From the IMG/VR virus record IMGVR_UViG_3300032030_000044, positions 25,497 through 89,496 of that record: a DNA stretch of 64,000 nt; one strand, 5' to 3'. The notes under the pieces are model-generated. The model did not search any database and was not told the origin of the DNA. It saw only the letters and a list, made by a program, of their open reading frames with translations. Below, piece after piece: positions 8,932 through 17,717 of this stretch. Numbering within the stretch: the stretch's first letter is position 1; each line of letters starts with the position of its first letter. The DNA is from a virus. Taxonomy: Duplodnaviria; Caudoviricetes. The translations under genes were made by a program, and so were the position numbers.

Positions 8932-11931
8932 ATGGGATTAGAAAGTAAAAGTGCTTATGATATATGGATATCTCCTCTAATAAAAGTATTGCGAGAAATA
9001 CGAGATGCTATTAGAGGAAATTATTCTAAAGAAATGATAAATGACGACATTGTGGCTTTAGATAGCACATGGAGTTCTGATAAAATTGAACAATCTATAG
9101 GAAGTATAACAAATACTATAAATCAAGAAATAGCAAATAAAGATATAATAGATGTAAAATTTACTAATCATATTCCTTCATCTGCTGGAGAAGAAAATGA
9201 ATATATGGTATATAGAAATGATAATGAAGATATTTTATATCAGTATATAATAGAAGATGAAGTTGGAATATGGAAACAAGTTCCTCCATTAGCAGATTCT
9301 TTATATTTTAATTTAGATAATGAATTGATATATAGTTATGATTCTGTAAATAAAAAATTTGTTGAAGTTGCTTTAGAAAATACTTATATTATAAATGGAA
9401 GTGTAAACTCTGTTTCAGCAAAAACGGTTTTAGATAATATACGAAATTTTGGAGTTTATAATGTTATACAGCATACAGTTGCAAATGGAAAAACAAGATT
9501 AACTAATTTAACTTTGACTGTACAAAGTGCTGATAGAGAAGAATGGGACAATTCAGTGATTTATCAAAAGCTTGAAAATAATGTAACTATATATAAAAGA
9601 ACAAGTAATAAAATTACTGGAAATTTTGGAAATTTTTCTACTTATTATGAAGGATTGGTTAATGATAGGTTAGATACTTCAAAATATTATACTTGGAGTA
9701 TAGATAAATTAAAAAATACTTTTGCTTCTATAGAAGGTGGAGGAGGAAAAATTAAATATGCTGGAGATGGTTTACTTTTGGTAACAACAGAAGAAACAGA
9801 AGATACAGTTAGAGCTGATTATACTCGATTACTTAGACATGGACATAATAAACTAAATGATAGCGACAAAGATTTGTATATTGAAATAGACGAAAGTGAT
9901 GATAATGATGAAACAATTACATCGTATGTAAGAGTTAAAAAAGGACATGCTGCTTTAGAAGGATATTCTAATAATAACAATCAATATTGGCTTAATTATG
10001 TTTTTAGTGCAGATAAAATATTATTTGAAAAAACAAGATATGATATAGAAAACAGTAGTGAAGTTTTACAAAGTAAATTAAAAATGGGAGATAACATTGA
10101 ATTTGCTGCTGAAAAAAAGTTTACTGTACACAGTAATAGTGTATATATAACTCCTGATAGTAAAATTGAAATAACTACAACTAATGCAAAAATTTATGGA
10201 AGTGGAACAATAAGTTTAGAAGCAAGTGATATTAAATTAATAGATGATAATGCTATAGTTAGTGGAAGATTTAAAAGTTCTGGTATAACATTTAATAGTT
10301 ATAGATTTGATTTTTGGGATACTGAAAGAAATAGTAAATTTACAATTTCTCCTGAAGGTTTACAATATACTCCAAAATCTGAAGACGATGAAGAAAATAT
10401 TAAACTAAAAATAACTAAAAGTGATGGTTTTGAAATAAAAGGTAAAAATATGTATGATGATGGTATAAATGATCCAATTGTATATTATAATTCTATATTA
10501 GGAGTTACAGGTGATGTTTTAACTCTTGAAAATGGAGATGAATATCCTAATGGCTATATATACATTGGAAATAAAACTATAGATGATGGAGGTAATAGAT
10601 TTTATATAACAACAGATGGAACTTTACATTTATTTAATAATATTTGGAAAGACATAGATGGAGAATATCAATATGTTATAAATGAACGAATGAATATAGT
10701 AGACGATGGTGCCATTTATATTACTGCTATTGATGGGTTAGGAAATAGTGATGGTGAAATGCATAGTGAAAGTTTACAATCTATGCTCGCTCAATTAATT
10801 GCTGGAGGAGGTGGTGGAGGAACAGCTCCATTTAGTACTGTTACTTCTCCTATAGAAATTGCTAATGATGATTTAGGTTTAATAAGTTATGCAAGAAATA
10901 TAGTATTTAATATTTATGGAGATTTATTAAATGATACAACTAATGCTGTATTAAATATAGGTGTTTATAGTGATTTAGAAAAAGTTGAATTAGAATTAAT
11001 AACTGATGATGCTATTGACCAACACGAACAGCGTACTATATTATTACATCATAGAAGCCCTATAATACTTGTATCTGTTACATTAAAAGATGGAGCATAT
11101 AATTGGTATTATAACCAAGATTCTCCAATAAATGATATTTATCTTAACGATTATAATTATGAAACTATTAACTCTAATATACAAAAACGAATATTATATG
11201 TTGATAATAATAGAGTCACTTTTATATGTCGTCTTCCAGATTTATTAAATTATACTCAAATAAATCATGAGCGTTCAAATGTTAATGAAATTATATATTT
11301 AATGGATATTGGAATAATGCCAACATGTTTTGTTAAAGGAACTAAAATAACTTTATCTGACGGTACTACAAAAAATGTAGAAGATGTTACTTATGATGAT
11401 AGTTTAAAAGTTTGGAATTTTGATGAAGCAATTGATGATTCAGCTAAACCTATATGGATACAAAAGGTTAAAAAATCTAAATCATATCATAAAGTTACTT
11501 TAGAAAATGGTATTATATTTAATACAGTAGGAGGAGATAAAAAATATCATTGTATGTATGATGTAACTGAACAAAAATTTAATCATGCTACAGAATGTGT
11601 TGGTCATGAAATTTATACTTTACAAGGCGTTTCAAAAGTTCTTTATGTAGAAGAAATAAAAGAAGAAGTAGAATTTTATAATATATTAACAAACTATCAT
11701 TTAAATTGTTATGCAAATAATATTCTTGTTTCAAGTGAAATAAATAATATATATCCGATACAAAATATGAAATTTGTAAAAGATGATAGAGAGTTAAAAG
11801 ATTATAAAGATTTTGAAAAATATGAACAAGTTCCTAAAAAATATTTTGATGGATTCAGATTTGCTGAACAACCAAGAGATAAAAAATATCTTGTAGAATT
11901 TTCTGCAAAAAGGTTTTATAGTGCAAAATAA
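8932..11931 (+). CDS. Tail fibre protein with C-terminal Hint (intein-like) domain
   Basis: 999 aa; two TWS(S/I)DK(I/L) motifs typical of fibres, a GGGGG linker, and a Hint block A (CFVKGTKITLSDG at Cys799) plus a block G-like end (YNILTNYHLNCYANNILVSS). Confidence 0.7.
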   Translation: MGLESKSAYDIWISPLIKVLREIRDAIRGNYSKEMINDDIVALDSTWSSDKIEQSIGSITNTINQEIANKDIIDVKFTNHIPSSAGEENEYMVYRNDNEDILYQYIIEDEVGIWKQVPPLADSLYFNLDNELIYSYDSVNKKFVEVALENTYIINGSVNSVSAKTVLDNIRNFGVYNVIQHTVANGKTRLTNLTLTVQSADREEWDNSVIYQKLENNVTIYKRTSNKITGNFGNFSTYYEGLVNDRLDTSKYYTWSIDKLKNTFASIEGGGGKIKYAGDGLLLVTTEETEDTVRADYTRLLRHGHNKLNDSDKDLYIEIDESDDNDETITSYVRVKKGHAALEGYSNNNNQYWLNYVFSADKILFEKTRYDIENSSEVLQSKLKMGDNIEFAAEKKFTVHSNSVYITPDSKIEITTTNAKIYGSGTISLEASDIKLIDDNAIVSGRFKSSGITFNSYRFDFWDTERNSKFTISPEGLQYTPKSEDDEENIKLKITKSDGFEIKGKNMYDDGINDPIVYYNSILGVTGDVLTLENGDEYPNGYIYIGNKTIDDGGNRFYITTDGTLHLFNNIWKDIDGEYQYVINERMNIVDDGAIYITAIDGLGNSDGEMHSESLQSMLAQLIAGGGGGGTAPFSTVTSPIEIANDDLGLISYARNIVFNIYGDLLNDTTNAVLNIGVYSDLEKVELELITDDAIDQHEQRTILLHHRSPIILVSVTLKDGAYNWYYNQDSPINDIYLNDYNYETINSNIQKRILYVDNNRVTFICRLPDLLNYTQINHERSNVNEIIYLMDIGIMPTCFVKGTKITLSDGTTKNVEDVTYDDSLKVWNFDEAIDDSAKPIWIQKVKKSKSYHKVTLENGIIFNTVGGDKKYHCMYDVTEQKFNHATECVGHEIYTLQGVSKVLYVEEIKEEVEFYNILTNYHLNCYANNILVSSEINNIYPIQNMKFVKDDRELKDYKDFEKYEQVPKKYFDGFRFAEQPRDKKYLVEFSAKRFYSAK

Positions 11932-11945
11932 AATATTTTTAAATT

Positions 11946-12086
11946 ATGGCTGAACAAAATAAAATTAGAACTTCTGTAGGTCATCTTGGACCAAGAAAAG
12001 TTAAACATCCTAAACAACGATATAAATATAAATATGGTGGAGAATACGATATGTATCTTAAACAAGATAACCGTTTTCTTAATTAA
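11946..12086 (+). CDS. Candidate small basic protein (46 aa), not in the supplied ORF track
   Basis: AAATT-ATG leader 14 nt after the fibre stop; reads MAEQNKIRTSVGHLGPRKVKHPKQRYKYKYGGEYDMYLKQDNRFLN; overlaps the next gene. Confidence 0.4.
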   Translation: MAEQNKIRTSVGHLGPRKVKHPKQRYKYKYGGEYDMYLKQDNRFLN

Positions 12087-12423
12087 ATATATTCCTTTAG
12101 TTCAATTAATAGCTAATATTATAACAAATACATTATATATTTTTACTGATGATTATATAATAGATTATAATTTAAGTTTTATTTTAGGAAATAGTATTAT
12201 AACTTCTTTTCTTTTATATATTATTAGTTATAGATTTAAATTTTGTAATTGGCATAGAATTCTTATTACAGGTAATTTAATAAATTTATTATTAGCATAT
12301 GCCGATGCTATTTTTGATATTCCAATTTCTGTTTTAACATATATTTTAATATTTTATGTTATTTGTTTTATAACTATAATTTTAGCTATATATTCATATA
12401 TAAAACATAAAAACAATGAATAA
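12034..12423 (+). CDS. Multi-pass membrane protein
   Basis: About four hydrophobic segments; in-frame ATG at 12034 preferred over the TTG at 11986. Confidence 0.55.
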   Translation: MVENTICILNKITVFLIKYIPLVQLIANIITNTLYIFTDDYIIDYNLSFILGNSIITSFLLYIISYRFKFCNWHRILITGNLINLLLAYADAIFDIPISVLTYILIFYVICFITIILAIYSYIKHKNNE

Positions 12424-12727
12424 TTTATTACAATTATTAAAACAACAATTATTAAAAATTGTTGATGATATAGATTCAGGAAATTGTAATTTAAGCGATG
12501 ATGAATTAAATGAAGCAATAGATAAATTAAGTATTTTAAATAATGGTATTCGTAGATATAGTAAACGATATTTATGCGATAATATTTTACATTGTAGTGA
12601 ATCTTGTTTTAATACTTATTTATCTATGGGACTTATACCTCCTGGATTTAAAGAAATTGGATTTAAAGAACTTCGTTGGAGTATTAGAGATATGAAAGAA
12701 GCTATTGAATATAGAAAAACTCATTAG
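12416..12727 (+). CDS. Small DNA-binding protein, AlpA/excisionase-like HTH
   Basis: 103 aa; C-terminal half (SKRYLCDNILHCSESCFNTYLSMGLIPPG...FKELRW) resembles winged-HTH excisionase-like proteins. Confidence 0.5.
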   Translation: MNNLLQLLKQQLLKIVDDIDSGNCNLSDDELNEAIDKLSILNNGIRRYSKRYLCDNILHCSESCFNTYLSMGLIPPGFKEIGFKELRWSIRDMKEAIEYRKTH

Positions 12728-12758
12728 CAACATATTTAGTATTTAACTATTTGATTTT

Positions 12759-12790
12759 AGCACACTTACAAAAATAATTGTAAGTGTGCT
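12759..12790 (+). terminator. Intrinsic terminator-like hairpin
   Basis: Perfect 13-bp stem AGCACACTTACAA / TTGTAAGTGTGCT with a 6-nt loop, followed by an AT-rich run. Confidence 0.7.
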
Positions 12791-12810
12791 ATTATTTTAT
12801 ATAATAATAC

Positions 12811-12818
12811 TATTTTTG
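12811..12818 (+). promoter_or_regulatory. Bacteroidota -7 promoter element
   Basis: TATTTTTG(CA) matches TAnnTTTG about 55 nt upstream of the 12872 ATG; no clean -33 TTTG. Confidence 0.45.
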
Positions 12819-12871
12819 CAGTGTAATCGATTACAACAAATTTTATTAACAATTTAACAAATTATAAAATT

Positions 12872-13519
12872 ATGACTATTCTTGATAAAAATAGTGAAAA
12901 TGCCATTGGAGAAATGGTCGGTGGAAAACGATATGCTTCTCGTGGTGTAGCAGGTACTGCATTAGGTTTAGGCATAGCTGGTACAGCTTTAAGTCTTTTT
13001 AATCGTAATGGACATGGATTAAATTTGTTTGGCGATGACGGTCATCATGCTGAACATAGAATTGATGAAGTTCTTGCAAAAGAAAATGCTGATGTATTAA
13101 TGCTTACAAATCAGATTTGGGGCAATGCTCTTCGTGCTCAAGAAAATAGATTTAATGATGTTGTTGGGATTAATCAAAAAATATTTGATAGTTATGTTTT
13201 TACAAATGGTGAAATTGCGAAAGTTAAAGAAGATGCTAATAATAAATTTTTTGCAAATTATAAAGAAACACGTGATACAAAAGACGCTCTTATGGCTGAA
13301 ATAGGTTCTTTAAAAACAGAAGTTGCTGTACTTAAAGCAGTTTCTCCATATCAACAGCAAATTACTGCTGCCGCTATTGCTGCTTCTGGTAAACAAGCTG
13401 AAATTAATTTACTTACTCGTACACAATTTATGTTACAAGGAGTTTTAGTTCCTCCTACAGTTGTAGCAGGTACGCCTGAAGTAAATAAAACTACTACTGA
13501 TACTTCAGCAGGTGCTTAA
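12872..13519 (+). CDS. Hypothetical protein with Gly-rich hydrophobic segment and coiled coil
   Basis: 215 aa; YASRGVAGTALGLGIAGTALSLF glycine-zipper-like segment; first gene of a three-gene cassette. Confidence 0.55.
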   Translation: MTILDKNSENAIGEMVGGKRYASRGVAGTALGLGIAGTALSLFNRNGHGLNLFGDDGHHAEHRIDEVLAKENADVLMLTNQIWGNALRAQENRFNDVVGINQKIFDSYVFTNGEIAKVKEDANNKFFANYKETRDTKDALMAEIGSLKTEVAVLKAVSPYQQQITAAAIAASGKQAEINLLTRTQFMLQGVLVPPTVVAGTPEVNKTTTDTSAGA

Positions 13520-13527
13520 TCATTAAT

Positions 13528-13560
13528 AAGTAGAGGTATATTTACCTCTACTTTATTTGT
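13528..13560 (+). terminator. Intrinsic terminator
   Basis: Perfect 11-bp stem AAGTAGAGGTA / TACCTCTACTT with loop TATT, followed by a T-rich tail. Confidence 0.7.
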
Positions 13561-13582
13561 TTAACAATAAATTCATAATAGT

Positions 13583-14068
13583 ATGCCAGAAACATTAAAT
13601 TTTAATATTGGACATAATAATCCATATTTACCAAGCAATAATGTTGAACAAAATATTGCTTTAATAAATCAACAAGTAGCACAATTAAGTGCTTTAAAAG
13701 ATAAATTGACAGGTATTAGTTCCCCTGTAGAGGGAGGTATGCAAACATGGGAAGAAATTGATAAAGAACTTGCAAGTCTTACTGATGAACAAAAGAATAT
13801 TCTTTTTAAAGACGAAGATTATTTACATAATGATACTGCTTTACAAAATCTTGTACAAACTTATCTTATAAATAGCGTTAAAGATAAAGTTGCAAATTCT
13901 AAAGAAGGTAAAGCTTTATTAGATAAACAACTTTTATTAATAAAAGATAAGAAAAATGATATAGTAAAACAATCAAATAAAGAAATGGAACTTTTTAAAA
14001 AGTTTCAAATTGCAGTTCAAGCAAATCCTAATTTAACATACAATGAATTTATTAACTCAATAAAATAA
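13583..14068 (+). CDS. Hypothetical helical protein (cassette gene 2)
   Basis: 161-aa ORF with Gln/Lys-rich helices. Confidence 0.55.
   Translation: MPETLNFNIGHNNPYLPSNNVEQNIALINQQVAQLSALKDKLTGISSPVEGGMQTWEEIDKELASLTDEQKNILFKDEDYLHNDTALQNLVQTYLINSVKDKVANSKEGKALLDKQLLLIKDKKNDIVKQSNKEMELFKKFQIAVQANPNLTYNEFINSIK
13721..13735 (-). repeat. Dispersed 16-bp motif, in CDS (SPVEG)
   Basis: TCCCCTGTAGAGGGA on the + strand. Confidence 0.9.
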
Positions 14069-14074
14069 TAAATT

Positions 14075-14446
14075 ATGCAAACAAAAGAACAAATAATTAA
14101 AAATCTTAATGATTATATTTCTAATAAAATAGACGAATTGTCTATTAACAATTCAATAGTAATGGTATTTCGACCAGTGCTTCATAAAATATCTAAAAAG
14201 GTTGTTTGTAAAGTAGATAAACTTATGGATTTGATTGTTGATGAAAATGGAATGATAGATGTTGAAACTCTACTTACAGAAATGGCTAATAATTTAGTTA
14301 CTGCAAGCAATAAATCTTATCCTGATATATTAGATGGAATAACTATTGGCAATGGTAAAATTTCAATAGGAATACCTTTAATTGATAAAGAACTTATTTT
14401 AACAAAAGAAGATATAGAAGAAATTAAAAATTATCTTATTAGATAA
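14075..14446 (+). CDS. Hypothetical protein (cassette gene 3)
   Basis: 123-aa ORF with an AAATT-ATG leader. Confidence 0.55.
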   Translation: MQTKEQIIKNLNDYISNKIDELSINNSIVMVFRPVLHKISKKVVCKVDKLMDLIVDENGMIDVETLLTEMANNLVTASNKSYPDILDGITIGNGKISIGIPLIDKELILTKEDIEEIKNYLIR

Positions 14447-14468
14447 ATATCATTTGTTGTTATATGTG

Positions 14469-14502
14469 AAAAGCGATTTGTGCATTTGTACAAGTCGCTT
14501 TT
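14469..14502 (+). terminator. Intrinsic terminator
   Basis: Stem AAAAGCGATTTGT / ACAAGTCGCTTTT (one G-U pair) with flanking A and T tracts. Confidence 0.7.
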
Positions 14503-14523
14503 GTATATATATTTGTTTATAAA

Positions 14524-14566
14524 AGCTATTTTAAGCTTATATTTAACTTTTATATATAAGACTGAT
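14524..14566 (+). repeat. Intergenic AGCT-N6-AGCT element, copy A
   Basis: AGCTATTTTAAGCTTATATTTAACTTTTATATATAAGACTGAT; 34/43 ungapped identity to copy B and 33/43 to copy C. Confidence 0.6.
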
Positions 14567-14750
14567 TAAATCATAATGCAGTTATATAGATTGTCTATAA
14601 ATGAATTTATTTACTTCATTTTATGTAATATAATAGATATTATATAATTTAACAGCTGTTATAGTAGTTTCTCAAATTATTAATTTAACAGGTGCTATAG
14701 AATATGCTATTGAATATAATAAATATTTTTTTCAAAAATATTAAAAATTA

Positions 14751-14782
14751 TTTGGTATTATCAAAAATTATTTATATTTTTG
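14751..14782 (+). promoter_or_regulatory. Bacteroidota sigma-A-type promoter for the tail operon
   Basis: TTTG (14751-14754), 20-nt spacer, TATTTTTG (14775-14782); matches the established -33/-7 consensus. Confidence 0.8.
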
Positions 14783-14819
14783 CAATATAAAATTTATAAT
14801 AATTATATTTAATGATGTT

Positions 14820-15521
14820 ATGGCGAGTATTAATCAATTAGTTTCTGAAATTGCTCATAGCGTTCAAGGTGCAGATTCTCTTCCTGTTCGTAGAGCAATT
14901 CGTTTAGGAATAATTCATGCAAGAAATCAACTTATCAGACATAGTTATGAACAACATGGCTATGTTGATAGAGTTGTACAACAACGATTTAAAGTTGGTT
15001 TAATTGATGTTGCAGATGGAGATATTGATATTACTGGTGCTGGTATTGATGCTGATGCTTATAAAAAAGGAGTAGGTATAATCAAGCGTACTAAAAATAA
15101 AGTTCCAAGACCTACAAGACTTACTAATAATCTTCCATTTAGTGCTGTTAAAACTGTTGGAGCTAAACATTCTGTAGTTATTCCATTTGTTAGAGAAGCA
15201 AGTAGTAAATATTATTCTAAATTGCCTGGTTTTTGTATAGGAGCGACATATGATTATATTAATGATTATATTTATATTAATGCTGTAAATGACAATATTA
15301 TTAATTCTGTTTATTCTATAGTTATTGAAGCACCTTTTGAAAAACCTGAAATAATAGATATGGAAACTAGTACTGATGGACATTATAAAATTGATGATAA
15401 TAATGAATATTTTTTACCTGAAGATATGATTGATGATGTTAAAACGCTTGTATTGAGAACATTTAATGCTACTATAATAAGAGATACAAATGAAGTAAAT
15501 GACACGCATTTATCAGAATAA
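14820..15521 (+). CDS. Putative tail ring protein
   Basis: 233 aa; MASINQLVSEIAHS...IIHARNQLI start recalled from crAss-like ring proteins; synteny. Confidence 0.55.
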   Translation: MASINQLVSEIAHSVQGADSLPVRRAIRLGIIHARNQLIRHSYEQHGYVDRVVQQRFKVGLIDVADGDIDITGAGIDADAYKKGVGIIKRTKNKVPRPTRLTNNLPFSAVKTVGAKHSVVIPFVREASSKYYSKLPGFCIGATYDYINDYIYINAVNDNIINSVYSIVIEAPFEKPEIIDMETSTDGHYKIDDNNEYFLPEDMIDDVKTLVLRTFNATIIRDTNEVNDTHLSE

Positions 15522-15527
15522 TAGTGT

Positions 15528-16430
15528 ATGAAATCTGAAATTAATGTAAAAGATTATTATAATCATTTTATAAATAGCGCAGACGATTATTTAAAAGCTT
15601 ACAGTGAAGAATTAAATGAAAATAAAGTGCTTCTTGATGAATATATAAATAGATTAAAATTTGATATAGACAATATAAAAAATAAATTAAATATAAATTT
15701 ATACTATTATATTGATTTTGTACAACCTTTACAAAGCGATGTTGATAAGCTATTAGGTATATGTGTTAAATTGCTTCCTGTGTATGATAAAGATGAAGAT
15801 GTTAATATATTAAATTATATAATTAAATTTTGTAAAATTGTAACTAATATTAATTGGCTTAACAAAGCAATTAGTATGTGTAATATAAGAAAAGAAATTA
15901 CTTATACAAAATATAGAGAATTAATTAAACTTTATTATGATAAAGCTGTTGATGAATTATTTAAAGGAAAAGGCGTTCGTTGTGATAATGGTTTAGGAGT
16001 AATAATTATAGAATATATACCACAAAAAGAAAATAATTTTAAAAAGGTTGATATGGCTGCTACAGCAAAAAGAAAACAAGAATTACTGAATAAAGGAATT
16101 AAACTATATAATGCAGAAGAAGCAAAAGAATATGAACGAGCTGGAATAAAATATGATGGTGTGAATTGCGTTGTATATAGCGAAAATCAATTTTTATTAT
16201 ATCCTTTATTATTAAATGCTGTAGGTTTTGAAGGAAATGTTTTAAGATTTTATCCTGCTAATTATGTTGCAAAAGAACTTAGAGGTTTTACTACTCAAGA
16301 GTTAGCTGATAATTTTACCGATGAACAATTATCTAAAAAAAGGCTTTATCTTATAACAAGAGTAAATGTTGAACTTAAAAGACATCCTGAATATTGGACA
16401 AAATATGTTCATAAAATGAAAAATATATGA
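15528..16430 (+). CDS. Putative HU/IHF-like DNA-binding protein
   Basis: 300 aa; central ITYTKYRELIKLYY...GKGVRCDNGLGVIIIE segment resembles the HU/IHF-like genes located between ring genes in crAss-like phages. Confidence 0.4.
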   Translation: MKSEINVKDYYNHFINSADDYLKAYSEELNENKVLLDEYINRLKFDIDNIKNKLNINLYYYIDFVQPLQSDVDKLLGICVKLLPVYDKDEDVNILNYIIKFCKIVTNINWLNKAISMCNIRKEITYTKYRELIKLYYDKAVDELFKGKGVRCDNGLGVIIIEYIPQKENNFKKVDMAATAKRKQELLNKGIKLYNAEEAKEYERAGIKYDGVNCVVYSENQFLLYPLLLNAVGFEGNVLRFYPANYVAKELRGFTTQELADNFTDEQLSKKRLYLITRVNVELKRHPEYWTKYVHKMKNI

Positions 16431-17254
16431 CAAAAAGAACAACTAACATAGATAGAATCATTGCTAAAATAGATAATGATTTTAATCCAGATAATTCAGA
16501 TTGGATACCAAGAGTTGGTGCTTGGGTATATGATGCTTTAGGTTTATTAAATGTTAATACTGTAGAAAGAGTTAAAGAAAAGTTTAAAGTACATAATAGA
16601 ATAGCATATAGTAAATGTGAATTAAAACAACCTATTAAAGTGTATGATAAAAATGGTTGTGAAATTAAAGAACTTGATAATATTAATGAAAGTTGTGGTT
16701 GCGGATATAATATTCCCTCTACAGGGGAACAAATAGAACCAATTACTGTCAGTTCATCAAATACAACAGATATTATAATCAATCCTGATGCAAATGATGT
16801 ACCAGATGAAACAATTATTAAAAATATAGGAAATGGTGGAGGTATACGATATAATGTTGTTGAAGTATGGAATAAATCATTAAATCATAATTATGTTTTA
16901 GTAGATTGTAAAAACATTGAATTAAATTTTGATACAGATTGTATAATTGTTGAACATGATAAATTAAAATGTTCTTATAGCGATATTTATAATTGCGATT
17001 TACCAGATATTCCAGATAATGCAAAAGTTATAGAATATTTAACTTATTATTGTATGTATAAAATGCTTCTTCGTGGGTATAGGCATCCAATATTTAATTT
17101 GGCAGCTAGCCAATATGGAACAAATCCTTATTATATTGCTAAAACATTAGAAGAAGAAGCAAAAAGAAGTTTAATTAATGATGGAACAGATGAAAATCTA
17201 GATAATCTTTGGAGAAGTGCTTTCTTTATTGGAACATTTGATCCAAAACATTAA
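16427..17254 (+). CDS. Tail tubular (ring) protein
   Basis: 275 aa; IDRIIAKIDNDFNPDNSDWIPRVGAW start; precedes the muzzle/stabilisation gene; ATGA overlap with the previous gene. Confidence 0.6.
   Translation: MTKRTTNIDRIIAKIDNDFNPDNSDWIPRVGAWVYDALGLLNVNTVERVKEKFKVHNRIAYSKCELKQPIKVYDKNGCEIKELDNINESCGCGYNIPSTGEQIEPITVSSSNTTDIIINPDANDVPDETIIKNIGNGGGIRYNVVEVWNKSLNHNYVLVDCKNIELNFDTDCIIVEHDKLKCSYSDIYNCDLPDIPDNAKVIEYLTYYCMYKMLLRGYRHPIFNLAASQYGTNPYYIAKTLEEEAKRSLINDGTDENLDNLWRSAFFIGTFDPKH
16713..16729 (+). repeat. Dispersed 16-bp motif, in CDS (IPSTGE)
   Basis: TTCCCTCTACAGGGGAA. Confidence 0.9.
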
Positions 17255-17321
17255 ATAATATAAAATAATATAATTAAATAAAACAAAGTATTGTATAATT
17301 ATTAAAAAAATTAAAAAGAAT

Positions 17322-17702
17322 ATGGCAAAAGATAATTTAATAGTTGTTTATAATAACAACAATGATAAACATCTTTCAAATGAATTAGAAAAAAGATGTG
17401 ATAAGTTCATTAAAGAAAAACATAATAATAATTGTAAAAATTATACAAAAGAAGAATTAATTGAACTTTGTAATGATTTAATATCAAAAAATTTAAAATT
17501 ACAATGTACTATAGATAGTAATTTAGATTATTATGATACTAAACTTAATGAACGTATTAATATAATAAATAGTCTTATCAATGAAAATAGAAAATTAAAA
17601 GAAAATAACTTTTTTAATAAATTTTTTATTTATAGATTATATGTTAAAATTTATAGTTTTTTTAATAAAACTATATTTAAAAATGAAACTTTTGGTTATT
17701 AA
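17322..17702 (+). CDS. Hypothetical coiled-coil protein
   Basis: 126-aa extremely AT-rich ORF. Confidence 0.45.
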   Translation: MAKDNLIVVYNNNNDKHLSNELEKRCDKFIKEKHNNNCKNYTKEELIELCNDLISKNLKLQCTIDSNLDYYDTKLNERINIINSLINENRKLKENNFFNKFFIYRLYVKIYSFFNKTIFKNETFGY

Positions 17703-17717
17703 AAAATATTTATAATT

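Noticed and set aside
11326-11736. Classical splicing intein in the fibre gene
   Set aside because: It lacks the terminal His-Asn and a homing endonuclease, and lies near the C-terminus; treated as a cleavage-type Hint domain instead.
7668-11931. Diversity-generating retroelement or invertible cassette in the fibre genes
   Set aside because: No reverse transcriptase, recombinase or template/variable repeat pair was visible to me; a repeat search would be needed to exclude weak pairs.
14446-14820. tRNA or structured ncRNA gene in the larger intergenic gaps (also 23783-23893, 36136-36307, 56584-56793)
   Set aside because: No cloverleaf, T-loop or GC-rich structure was recognisable; the gaps are explained by terminators, promoters and the AGCT-N6-AGCT elements.
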